Positions 40,058-48,561 of a DNA stretch of 64,000 nucleotides are shown here, one piece after another. Location: positions 416,001-480,000 of the forward strand of contig CAXXTU010000002.1 in assembly GCA_963662655.2 (NCBI GenBank). Reading direction: 5' to 3'. The position numbers were made by a program, and so were the translations under genes. Numbering within the stretch: position 1 is the stretch's first letter; each line of letters starts with the position of its first letter. The stretch comes from Candidatus Cloacimonadales bacterium (GTDB taxonomy: Bacteria; Cloacimonadota; Cloacimonadia; Cloacimonadales; JAIOQZ01). The notes beneath the pieces were generated by a model. That model was not told where the DNA came from. It ran no database searches and saw only the letters and a list, made by a program, of their open reading frames with translations.

Positions 40058-43000
40058 CTATTTGATCTTCGAGATGGAGAGGAACACCTCTTTGCCGTTG
40101 ATATCCCACGCCTTCATATCTTTGTGATGCAGTTCTTCACGGAAAATACCTTCCGCGAGCGTCTCCGCTTTGATGAAATCGCCAAAGCCTTCGAACACAC
40201 CGGCAATCTCGTCGTCACCGATGAAGAAGATGCTGATCTTGTCCATGATATCAAGGTCCATCTCCTTGCGGGTAAACTGGACTTTGTTCACAAGCTCACG
40301 GGCGTATCCTTCGCTGATGAGCTCGGGAGTAAGGGTTGTCGCCAGCGCTGTATGGATGCCTTTATCGCTGGCAAACACGTAGCCTTCGCGCGCCTGGATG
40401 GAGAATATCAGGTCTTCTTCCACGATATTGATCGGATGGCCTTCGCACTCGAGGATGAACGGTTCATTCTTGCTGAACGCCTCCAGCACGTGCTCCGCAT
40501 TGACATCGGGCAGCGCTTTGGACACGCACTTCATGTGCTTGCCGACCTTGGGGCCGAGGATCTTGAAATTCGGCTTGATATCGTGCTTCAGGAGCTCGTC
40601 GTGCGGCTTGAGATACTCGATCTCGCGCACGTTGATCTCTTCCAGTATCAGGTCTTTCATGCGCTCGACAACATCCTGGAACCGATCCGGCACGAAGTAG
40701 CTCTGCAATGTCTGACGCACCTTGATCTGGCAGTCGTTACGCGCTGCGCGACCGAGGCTTACCAGGTCGATGACGACCTGCATGTCGCTCTCGAGCTGTT
40801 CGTCGATAAGCGCTTCGTTCGCGACGGGGTACTCGGAAAGATGTACGCTTTCTTCGCCGGTGAGATTGTGGTAAATCTCTTCGGCAAGATAAGGCGCGAA
40901 GGGCGCCATTACGCGGCAGACGATCGTCATGGCGTAATGGAGCGTGACATACGCGTCTCGCTTGTCTTGCGTGAGTTCCATTTCCCAGTATCTGCGTCTG
41001 CTGCGGCGCACGTACCAGTTGCTCAGGTCGTCGATGATGAATGCCTGGATGGCGCGTACCGAGCGAGTGAGGTCGTATTGCTCGATATACTGCGTCACCT
41101 GTTTGATGAGCGAGTTGATCCTGCTGACGATCCAGCGATCAATCTCGGCGGTTGGCTTGTATTCTGCCAGATACTTGTCTGCATCGAAATCATCGATGTT
41201 GGCATAGGTGGCGTAGAACGAATAGACGTTTTTCATCGTGCCGATGAATTTGTTAACCACCTCTTCCACGCCCTTGGGATCGAACTTCGTGGGAACCCAG
41301 GGGGGGCTGACGTAGAGCAGGTACCAGCGATTCGCGTCCGCGCCGTACTTCTGCATCATTTCCATCGGATTCACCGAGTTGCCCACACTCTTGCTCATCT
41401 TCTTGCCGTGCTTGTCCAGGATCAAATCGTTGACCAGCACGTTTTTGTATGGAGCGACGCCTTTGAGGAACGTCGAGATGGAGAGGAGCGAGTAGAACCA
41501 CCCACGAGTCTGATCGATACCCTCGCAGATGAAATCGGCCGGGAAGAGTTCCGTGTCGAAGATTTCTTTGTTCTCGAAGGGATAGTGCCACTGCGCGAAG
41601 GGCATGGAGCCGCTATCGAACCAGCAGTCGATCACTTCGGGCGTGCGATGCATTGTGCCGCCGCAATCGGGGCATGTCATCACGATCTCGTCGATGTACG
41701 GTCTGTGCAGCTCGATATCCTCGGGCACTTCGCGTCCGTCTTCGTACTTACCTTTCTCGCGCAGCTCCGCGATGGAACCGGCGCTGTCCTGCGCCGCGCA
41801 TTGATCGCAAACCCACACGTTGAGCGGGGTTCCCCAGAATCTATCGCGACTGAGCGCCCAGTCGATATTGTTTTCCAGCCATTCGCCGAAGCGTTTCTCA
41901 CCGACGAAGTCCGGATACCAGTTGACCTTCTTGTTGTTCTCGATCATCTGTTGCTTGTATTCGCTTGTTCGGATGAACCAGCCATCGCGAGCGTAGTAGA
42001 TGAGCGGAGACTTGCAGCGCCAGCAGAACGGATAGCTATGCAGAATCTGCTGCCGTTTATAAAGCAGGCCGCGCTCTTTCAGGTCACGGATGATTTCCTT
42101 GTCCGCGGCTTTCACGAAAAGCCCCTTCCAGGGTTCCACGATTTCGCTGAATGTTCCGTCGTCGAGAACCGGATTGATCACGGGAAGTCCGTACTTCTGA
42201 CCGAGTGAGTGGTCGTCCTGTCCGAATGCCGGCGCCGTATGCACGATACCGGTACCGTCGTCCATGGAGACGTAATCCGCCAGCGCGACGAACCACGCCT
42301 TTTCCTTCGGTTGAATGAAGTTAAACAGCGGTTCGTATTCCCTGTATTCGAGGTCGCTACCCTTGTAGGACGCGACGATCTTATAATCGCCATCGAGAAC
42401 GCCGAGGAGCGCTTTGGCCAGAATGAGATTCTGGTCGTTGTGAAGCACTTTCACGTATTCTTTATCTGGATGCACCGCCAGCGCGGCGTTGGAGATCAAC
42501 GTCCAGGGGGTGGTTGTCCAGGCGAGGAAGAAAGTGTTCTCTTCGTCTTTCGCTTTGAATTTAACGTATACGGATGGGTCTTCCACATCCTGATAGCCCT
42601 GCGCCACTTCGTGGCTGGAAAGCGGGGTTCCGCATTTGGGGCAGTAAGGGACAATCTTGTGGCCTTTATAAATCATACCTTTGGTGAAGTACTGATTCAG
42701 TATCCACCAAACACTCTCGATGTAGTCGTTTTGCAAGGTTATGTAAGGGTGCTCGAGATCGATCCAGTATGCCATCGTGCGGGTCATGTCACGCCACTGT
42801 TTTTCGTAGGTGAAGACCGACTCGCGGCATTTCTTGTTGAACCGTTCGATTCCGTATTCTTCTACGGCTTTCTTGTCGTTCAGCTCGAGAATCTTCTCAA
42901 CTTCAATTTCCACCGGCAGTCCGTGCGTATCCCATCCGGCTTTCCTTTTGACCTGGAAGCCTTTCATGGTTTTGTACCGGCAAACGGTATCTTTGATGGC

Positions 43001-43186
43001 ACGGGAGATCAGGTGGTGGACCCCCGGCTTTCCGTTTGCGGTTGGGGGACCTTCAAAAAAAATAAACAGAGGCTGTCCTTCGCGGGAACTGACGCTCTTG
43101 TCGGCCGTACCGTTCTCATCCCAGTACGTTCGTACTCTGCGCTCAAATTCCGCTGGACTTTCTTTTGGGTCCATGGGTTTGTACAT
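40058..43186 (-). CDS. ileS: Isoleucine--tRNA ligase (type 2, archaeal/eukaryote-like)
   Basis: GPPTANGKPGVHH, GWDTHGLP, WTTTPWT, SRDRFWG, EGIDQTRGWF and KMSKS motifs. Long C-terminus (EGYARELVNKVQ). Confidence 0.97.
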   Translation of the reverse strand: MYKPMDPKESPAEFERRVRTYWDENGTADKSVSSREGQPLFIFFEGPPTANGKPGVHHLISRAIKDTVCRYKTMKGFQVKRKAGWDTHGLPVEIEVEKILELNDKKAVEEYGIERFNKKCRESVFTYEKQWRDMTRTMAYWIDLEHPYITLQNDYIESVWWILNQYFTKGMIYKGHKIVPYCPKCGTPLSSHEVAQGYQDVEDPSVYVKFKAKDEENTFFLAWTTTPWTLISNAALAVHPDKEYVKVLHNDQNLILAKALLGVLDGDYKIVASYKGSDLEYREYEPLFNFIQPKEKAWFVALADYVSMDDGTGIVHTAPAFGQDDHSLGQKYGLPVINPVLDDGTFSEIVEPWKGLFVKAADKEIIRDLKERGLLYKRQQILHSYPFCWRCKSPLIYYARDGWFIRTSEYKQQMIENNKKVNWYPDFVGEKRFGEWLENNIDWALSRDRFWGTPLNVWVCDQCAAQDSAGSIAELREKGKYEDGREVPEDIELHRPYIDEIVMTCPDCGGTMHRTPEVIDCWFDSGSMPFAQWHYPFENKEIFDTELFPADFICEGIDQTRGWFYSLLSISTFLKGVAPYKNVLVNDLILDKHGKKMSKSVGNSVNPMEMMQKYGADANRWYLLYVSPPWVPTKFDPKGVEEVVNKFIGTMKNVYSFYATYANIDDFDADKYLAEYKPTAEIDRWIVSRINSLIKQVTQYIEQYDLTRSVRAIQAFIIDDLSNWYVRRSRRRYWEMELTQDKRDAYVTLHYAMTIVCRVMAPFAPYLAEEIYHNLTGEESVHLSEYPVANEALIDEQLESDMQVVIDLVSLGRAARNDCQIKVRQTLQSYFVPDRFQDVVERMKDLILEEINVREIEYLKPHDELLKHDIKPNFKILGPKVGKHMKCVSKALPDVNAEHVLEAFSKNEPFILECEGHPINIVEEDLIFSIQAREGYVFASDKGIHTALATTLTPELISEGYARELVNKVQFTRKEMDLDIMDKISIFFIGDDEIAGVFEGFGDFIKAETLAEGIFREELHHKDMKAWDINGKEVFLSISKIK

Positions 43187-43488
43187 CTTTTTTCTCCTTG
43201 CATTGTCCTCCGCCAGGCCATGGCGGGGTTATTCGATATTGCGGTATGATTCACAATACAACAAGCATACAAGAAATCGATACCCCGTCTTTCTTGCAAG
43301 GAATTTTTGTTGCAATGATCGACAGATTATAGATGTCGATTGAAAGAAAGGCATAAGCTATTATCGTAGTCAGGCATATATGAAGAAATAATGGGTAGGT
43401 GCTATTAAAAAAGAGCTTTATATATTGACAAAAAAATTACAAAAATTGGTATTGGGGCGGTGACCGTTAACAAGAAGGGAGGTAAAAA

Positions 43489-43695
43489 ATGAGTAGATAC
43501 TATGTGAACAAAAACGCTCAGTCAAATGGTGATCATGAAGTGCATGTATCAGGTTGTTCTTTCATGCCATTGGAGGAAAATCGAATATACCTTGGAGATT
43601 TCTCGAATTGTGAAGAAGCAGTCAAAGAGGCCAAGAAGTATTATACTGATGTTGATGGCTGTTTTTACTGTTGCCTTGATTGTCATAAATCATAG
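43489..43695 (+). CDS. Small Cys/His-rich hypothetical protein (68 aa)
   Basis: Strong RBS GGAGG. Motif YVNKNAQSNGDHEVH...C...LGDFSNC...DGCFYCC..CH. AT-rich context. Confidence 0.8.
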   Translation: MSRYYVNKNAQSNGDHEVHVSGCSFMPLEENRIYLGDFSNCEEAVKEAKKYYTDVDGCFYCCLDCHKS

Positions 43696-43819
43696 CTAAC
43701 ATTGTTGGCGGCTACCAACTGTTTCGTATTCTCAGCAAATTACTGGACACCAATTCCTCAGGTAATTTAGAGCTGTTCATATGAAAAACTCAAAATAATG
43801 CGAGGAATTCGATTGTAAA

Positions 43820-45019
43820 ATGTTAGAACTAACAGCAGTGTATCACCTCCACAATCTCTGTGTCGAGATTGAGAACAGACATCCGGGAAGCGATGGAAAT
43901 CATCGGGCGACGCAGTATGTCCGTGAGCAGCTCGAGAAATTCGGCTGGGAAGTGGATGCGGCCTGGCTGGATTGCCTCGACTGGCAGCACGGGGGAGCTT
44001 CTCTCGATGCCGCTGGTGAAACGATTGACCTGAAACCGTCTCCCTATTCGAGGGCGTTCGATGGGGAAGGGCTACTCGTCGTTGCCGATAGCTTCGTAAA
44101 GCTGCAAGCACTGGATATCACGGGCAAAATCCTTCTGTGCAGGGGTGAACTGACAGAAGTCCAGCTTGTTCCGCAGAACTATCCGTTCTACAACCTTGAT
44201 GAGCACCTTAGGGTTTTCAGCATCCTCAACGAAGGCAAGCCAAAGGCGATCATCTCCGCCACCGATAGCGATCCAGGAACGGCTGGCGGTATTTCGCCGT
44301 TTCCATGGATCGAGGACGGAAGTTTTAACATCCCTTCCTGCTATTGCGATGTCGCGACCGGCGAGATTCTCGCGAATTACATCGGAATAAACGTTCGTTT
44401 GAGAATCGATTCGGAGAGAATTCCTTCCCGACTCGAGCAAATCAGTGCGACAACAGGCAATCGTGACGGCAAGCGAACGATCGTCTGCGCGCACATCGAC
44501 ACCAAGCACGGGACGCCCGGAGCCTTGGACAATACAACTGGCGTGGCGATCTTGCTGCTACTTGCTGAGAGATTGAGAACCTATTCCGGGAAGAAGCGAA
44601 TTGAATTGGTTTTCTTCAACGGCGAGGACTACTACGACGCCACCGGCGAACGCTATTACATGGAAAAAAATGCGGGAACCTGGGGCAACGTGGAGATCGT
44701 TGTGAACATCGATGCCGCCGGATGCAAGGATGTGACAACCGGACTTTCGTATTGGAATATGCCTGATGAAATGCAGAACGCAGTCCATAAGCGGATGAAG
44801 AATTTCGCTGGGATCGAGGCAATGGAGCCCTGGCCGGCGAGCGATCACATGATTTTCGTTCCCCAAGGATTGCCGGCGCTGGTATTCACATCCTCAAACT
44901 TCATGTACCTCACATCGGAGATTACCCACACGATGAAGGATACAATCGAGCTGGTCGATGCCGCGCGCCTGACGGAAATCGGGGAGTTCATTCTGGCAAT
45001 GATCGAAGCTCCGAACTGA
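43820..45019 (+). CDS. M28 family metallopeptidase with PA domain
   Basis: AHID, GALDN, GED, NID, SDH and HT..D zinc-ligand motifs. Confidence 0.88.
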   Translation: MLELTAVYHLHNLCVEIENRHPGSDGNHRATQYVREQLEKFGWEVDAAWLDCLDWQHGGASLDAAGETIDLKPSPYSRAFDGEGLLVVADSFVKLQALDITGKILLCRGELTEVQLVPQNYPFYNLDEHLRVFSILNEGKPKAIISATDSDPGTAGGISPFPWIEDGSFNIPSCYCDVATGEILANYIGINVRLRIDSERIPSRLEQISATTGNRDGKRTIVCAHIDTKHGTPGALDNTTGVAILLLLAERLRTYSGKKRIELVFFNGEDYYDATGERYYMEKNAGTWGNVEIVVNIDAAGCKDVTTGLSYWNMPDEMQNAVHKRMKNFAGIEAMEPWPASDHMIFVPQGLPALVFTSSNFMYLTSEITHTMKDTIELVDAARLTEIGEFILAMIEAPN

Positions 45020-45097
45020 TTGAGGCTTAGCTACGTTGAAACTAGGGATCAATCTTTTGCTTGACAGGGATACATTGCAGAAGCTGAATTTTGCTAT

Positions 45098-45610
45098 ATG
45101 GATGGAAATCACATTGTAAAACGCACTTTCCGCAAGCAAATCGACGAATTCAGACATCATTGGAAACACTACGTCTTCCAAAGTCTAGCTGCATCGTCGT
45201 CGCTTTTCATCGTATTGCTCGTGCTGCAAACATCGCGACTGGCCAACGTCGCGGCGTTGGGCGCGTCCTCCTTCATCATCTTCGCTATGCCGAAGAATGT
45301 GGCGGCGCGTTCGAGAAATCTGATCGGCGGTCACTTCATCGGGCTGATCGTGGGCTCGGTAATGGGATTGCTCGCATCGACAATACCCGATCAAATGATT
45401 CTGCGGGTCATGGTTTATGCGCTGGCGGTGGGGATATCCATCTTCATCATGGTCGTGATCGACATGGAGCACCCGCCGGCATCTGGAACCGCGCTAGGCA
45501 TGGCGGTCGACGGATTTTCATTGAATGTTGCGATTGCGGTGTGCGTAAGTGTTTTGATCCTGGCGTTCATCCACCATTTTTTCAAGCCGCACCTGAAGGA
45601 TCTGGTATAG
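45098..45610 (+). CDS. HPP family membrane protein
   Basis: GASS, RNLIGGH and EHPPA motifs. Confidence 0.88.
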   Translation: MDGNHIVKRTFRKQIDEFRHHWKHYVFQSLAASSSLFIVLLVLQTSRLANVAALGASSFIIFAMPKNVAARSRNLIGGHFIGLIVGSVMGLLASTIPDQMILRVMVYALAVGISIFIMVVIDMEHPPASGTALGMAVDGFSLNVAIAVCVSVLILAFIHHFFKPHLKDLV

Positions 45611-45668
45611 TCAATTATCCTGAGTGGACCAAGTATGGTTTGTCGCTATCTTTTTGTCTGAACGATTA

Positions 45669-46259
45669 TTAGAAAGAATACCCCAGCAGCACGGTGTATG
45701 CGATGTTGGTCATTTCAAGACCGTTCCGATCGTAGAAAGGATTGAGTCCCTGCTCGTAACGCATTTCGATGGAATAACGTCCCCAACTAATGCCGTTTCC
45801 GGCGATAACGCCCACCTCGAATGGCTCCACATCTTCGAGATCGCTCTTGCTATCGCTGACTTTGTGTTTTGCCGCAAGATTGTATCCGCCATACAGGCCG
45901 CCGCCTACGTAAGGGATGATATTGCCGATCCTGAATTCGATTCTGGCTATGATTGGAAGTTGCAGGTAGGAAAGGTCATAGCGCTCGTTGGCTGAACCGT
46001 CCTGGGATGGTATCTTGCATCCGCGATTCGTGTATAGGAGCTGTGTCTGGAGTCCCCAACCGTATTCCTCGCCGCCGCCGAAACGGTAGTCGAGATAAAC
46101 GCCGGTTGCGAAATGGTAGATGTTGTTGCTGTCGTTGTCGGGTGTGCTGCTGACTTCGGCCATGAGTCCCCCCAAAAGCGCTCCTGTGCGCAGCTCGGTC
46201 GCTTGCAAAAGGACTGCCGTACACAGAAGCGCCAGGGATAAAATCAATAGCTTCTTCAT
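45669..46259 (-). CDS. Outer-membrane beta-barrel (PorT/porin family)
   Basis: Signal peptide, YLQLPI motif, alternating beta strands and C-terminal GYSF. Confidence 0.8.
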   Translation of the reverse strand: MKKLLILSLALLCTAVLLQATELRTGALLGGLMAEVSSTPDNDSNNIYHFATGVYLDYRFGGGEEYGWGLQTQLLYTNRGCKIPSQDGSANERYDLSYLQLPIIARIEFRIGNIIPYVGGGLYGGYNLAAKHKVSDSKSDLEDVEPFEVGVIAGNGISWGRYSIEMRYEQGLNPFYDRNGLEMTNIAYTVLLGYSF

Positions 46260-46888
46260 CAGGATTTCTGCATGTTGATCTGGATGTCTTTGACTTCCGC
46301 GAATTTCTCGAGATGCTCCCGGATTTCTTCGACAACATTCTCGCGATAGGGATCGAATTTCGGAATATCCAGGTCCACGATGGCGACACCGTCGTCGAAG
46401 CCGGCATATTTGACCATCTTCAGGGTGACGATGTCCTCTCCGACCTTGGGGTAGATCACCTTCTTGAGCTCTTCGAGGATGCTGTCCTTGCTGAATTTGT
46501 CTTCATCGCGAAGCTGGTTTTCCACCTCGTACTGTTTGATAGCCTTGCGGAGTGTGTCCACCGCGAGAACGGAGCAGTGCATCTTCTGCGGGGGAAGACC
46601 GTCCAGAGATTCGGCAGCTTCTTTCCAGGTGATGTGTTTCGCTTCATCGAGGGTCTTGCCCAGAGCCATATCGGTGATGATCGACGCGGTGGCGATGTTG
46701 GAAGCGCAGCCGTACGACTGGAATTTGATGTCTTCTATCTTTTTCGTTTCCTGATTGACTTTCAGATACAGGGTAACCTGATCACCGCAGGCGGGACTTC
46801 CCTCGGTCGCGATGATGTCGGCGTTCTCCATTTTACCCACGTTGTGCGGGTTCATGAAATGATCGAGTACTTTTTGCGAATACTGCAT
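46259..46888 (-). CDS. iscU: Fe-S cluster scaffold IscU/NifU fused to a C-terminal DUF59/SufT-like domain
   Basis: YSQKVLDHFMNPHNVG, ACGD, GCASNIA and LPPQKMHCS motifs. The extra ~80 aa begin LKKVIYPKVGEDIV. Confidence 0.88.
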   Translation of the reverse strand: MQYSQKVLDHFMNPHNVGKMENADIIATEGSPACGDQVTLYLKVNQETKKIEDIKFQSYGCASNIATASIITDMALGKTLDEAKHITWKEAAESLDGLPPQKMHCSVLAVDTLRKAIKQYEVENQLRDEDKFSKDSILEELKKVIYPKVGEDIVTLKMVKYAGFDDGVAIVDLDIPKFDPYRENVVEEIREHLEKFAEVKDIQINMQKS

Positions 46889-46915
46889 GTTAACCTCTCG
46901 TTTCTTGCGTATTCC

Positions 46916-48079
46916 TTACGCGTTATATAACGGACTACGGCTTCGTAGTGTTGCAGCCACTTTTTCCAACGCGTCCACAGTTTTGTCAATTTCTTCTTCA
47001 GTCGTGTAGCGACTCACCGTCATCTTCATGGAGCCGTGCGATTCCTCGTGCGTACGTCCGATTCCCATAAGAATGTAGTTCGGCTTGAGTCCCTGCGAAG
47101 CGCAAGCGCTTCCCGTCTGCACCGCGATCCCTTGCATGTCCAGCATCATCATGATCGCCTCGCCTTCGATGAACAGGAAGGTCACATTGGCGTTGTGCGC
47201 GATGCGTCCCTCGCTGCGGGGACCGTTGATCATGATGTGTGGGATACGCTCTTCGATTTTGTCGATGAGCCGGTCTCGCATTCTCTTCATGTGAGCGACG
47301 TTCTCCTCCAGGTTGCCGATCGCAAGTTCCGCCGCTTTGGCGAAGCCAGCCATCGCGTAGACGGGAATCATGCCCGTTTCGTAGCGATCGATGCGCGCGA
47401 TTCCGTGCGTAACCTGCCCGAGCGCTGTACCCTTTCTGACATACATCGCTCCGATTCCCTGCGGTCCGTGAATCTTGTGGGCGGAGAAGGTCATCAGATC
47501 GACTGCCGGGTTATTGACATCGATGGGCATTTTTCCGTAGGCTTGGGCCGCATCGACCATCAGCGCAACCTTGTTCGGCGCTTGATCAAGGATGGTGCGA
47601 ATCTTGTCCAGCGGCTGAACGGTTCCCGTCACGTGGTTTGCCAGCGTGGTCATGAACATGATGGTGTCTGGGCGTATAGCTTCCCGGAGTTCATCCAGGT
47701 CCACGAACGCTTCTTCGTCGGCGGGGAGGTAGGTTACCTCGAATCCGTTCTCGTCCAGGAATGCGGCATTGGTGAGGATGTCGGGATAATCGACGATGGA
47801 GCAGATGATGTGCTTGCCGCGTTTAGCGTTCGCTACGGCATAACCCTTGATGGCGAGGTTGTTCGCCGAGGTTCCTCCGCGAGTGAAATGCACTTCGTCC
47901 GCATCCGCTTGAATCGAATCGGCAATTACCTGTTTGAATCGGGTTATATCAGCTTGAATCTCCTCGCCGTGCTGCACGAAGTTGTCGGGGAGCCAGAACT
48001 TCTCCTTGAGGTAGGGAGTCATGGCTTCGATGACTTCCGGCGCAGGCTGGGAGGTCATGCAATTCTTCAAGTATATCAT
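46916..48079 (-). CDS. iscS: Cysteine desulfurase IscS/NifS family (divergent active site)
   Basis: DAAQ, SAHK (PLP Lys), GPQGIG and GSAC (catalytic Cys) motifs; adjacent to iscU. Confidence 0.85.
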   Translation of the reverse strand: MIYLKNCMTSQPAPEVIEAMTPYLKEKFWLPDNFVQHGEEIQADITRFKQVIADSIQADADEVHFTRGGTSANNLAIKGYAVANAKRGKHIICSIVDYPDILTNAAFLDENGFEVTYLPADEEAFVDLDELREAIRPDTIMFMTTLANHVTGTVQPLDKIRTILDQAPNKVALMVDAAQAYGKMPIDVNNPAVDLMTFSAHKIHGPQGIGAMYVRKGTALGQVTHGIARIDRYETGMIPVYAMAGFAKAAELAIGNLEENVAHMKRMRDRLIDKIEERIPHIMINGPRSEGRIAHNANVTFLFIEGEAIMMMLDMQGIAVQTGSACASQGLKPNYILMGIGRTHEESHGSMKMTVSRYTTEEEIDKTVDALEKVAATLRSRSPLYNA

Positions 48080-48253
48080 GTTTCTTCCTTTATCGTTACG
48101 TTGCATTGAGCCAGCGCAATCACTGACTTTGATTGCAATTTTTTCATTCCTCTCAAGCAGTGCAAGAGATTTCTCAAGCACATCAAGATAATATATCCGG
48201 AATAGGGGGATGACCAGAAGATTTTCCTGAAAATGGCAGGCGGCCATGGCATC

Positions 48254-48359
48254 TTCGCCCGATCTTCCACGAAATGTGGATATACCACAGCCTTGGAATG
48301 AAATGATGGTAATGCGGCAAGGCTGTGAAACACCACGATTTCGTGGAAGATCGAACGAA
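48254..48359. repeat. Long imperfect inverted repeat between divergent genes
   Basis: CGATCTTCCACGAAAT/ATTTCGTGGAAGATCG, GTGG/CCAC and CACAGCCTTG/CAAGGCTGTG nested arms. Confidence 0.7.
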
Positions 48360-48561
48360 TCTCCTCACGGCCTTATCGGGAGGATCACAGTGCGAACATG
48401 GTGAACGAGACAGAATCAGCGTATCAATAAAGATATCCATTCGTAGTTTCGGCTTGACACCATTCAGGCTGAAAGTCCATTTTTGCAGCGTAACAAGCCA
48501 GTATGTTTCATACATCAGTGGGTTGTGTTCTCTCAGCTAATTATTATCAGGGGTGAAAATA

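Noticed and set aside
40124..43249. Long + strand ORFs (694 aa and 346 aa) opposite ileS
   Set aside because: Antisense shadows of a codon-biased gene, with no motifs or RBS. The same applies to the many other antisense ORFs, such as 15204-16778, 20026-21327, 47036-48109 and 53752-54846.
43190..43330. T-box riboswitch upstream of ileS
   Set aside because: Only a short CCGCCA/TGGCGG hairpin; no T-box consensus or terminator/antiterminator pair was seen.
48440..48560. Ion-sensing riboswitch upstream of the antiporter
   Set aside because: I could not match the sequence to c-di-AMP, fluoride, Na+ or Li+ riboswitch consensus by eye.
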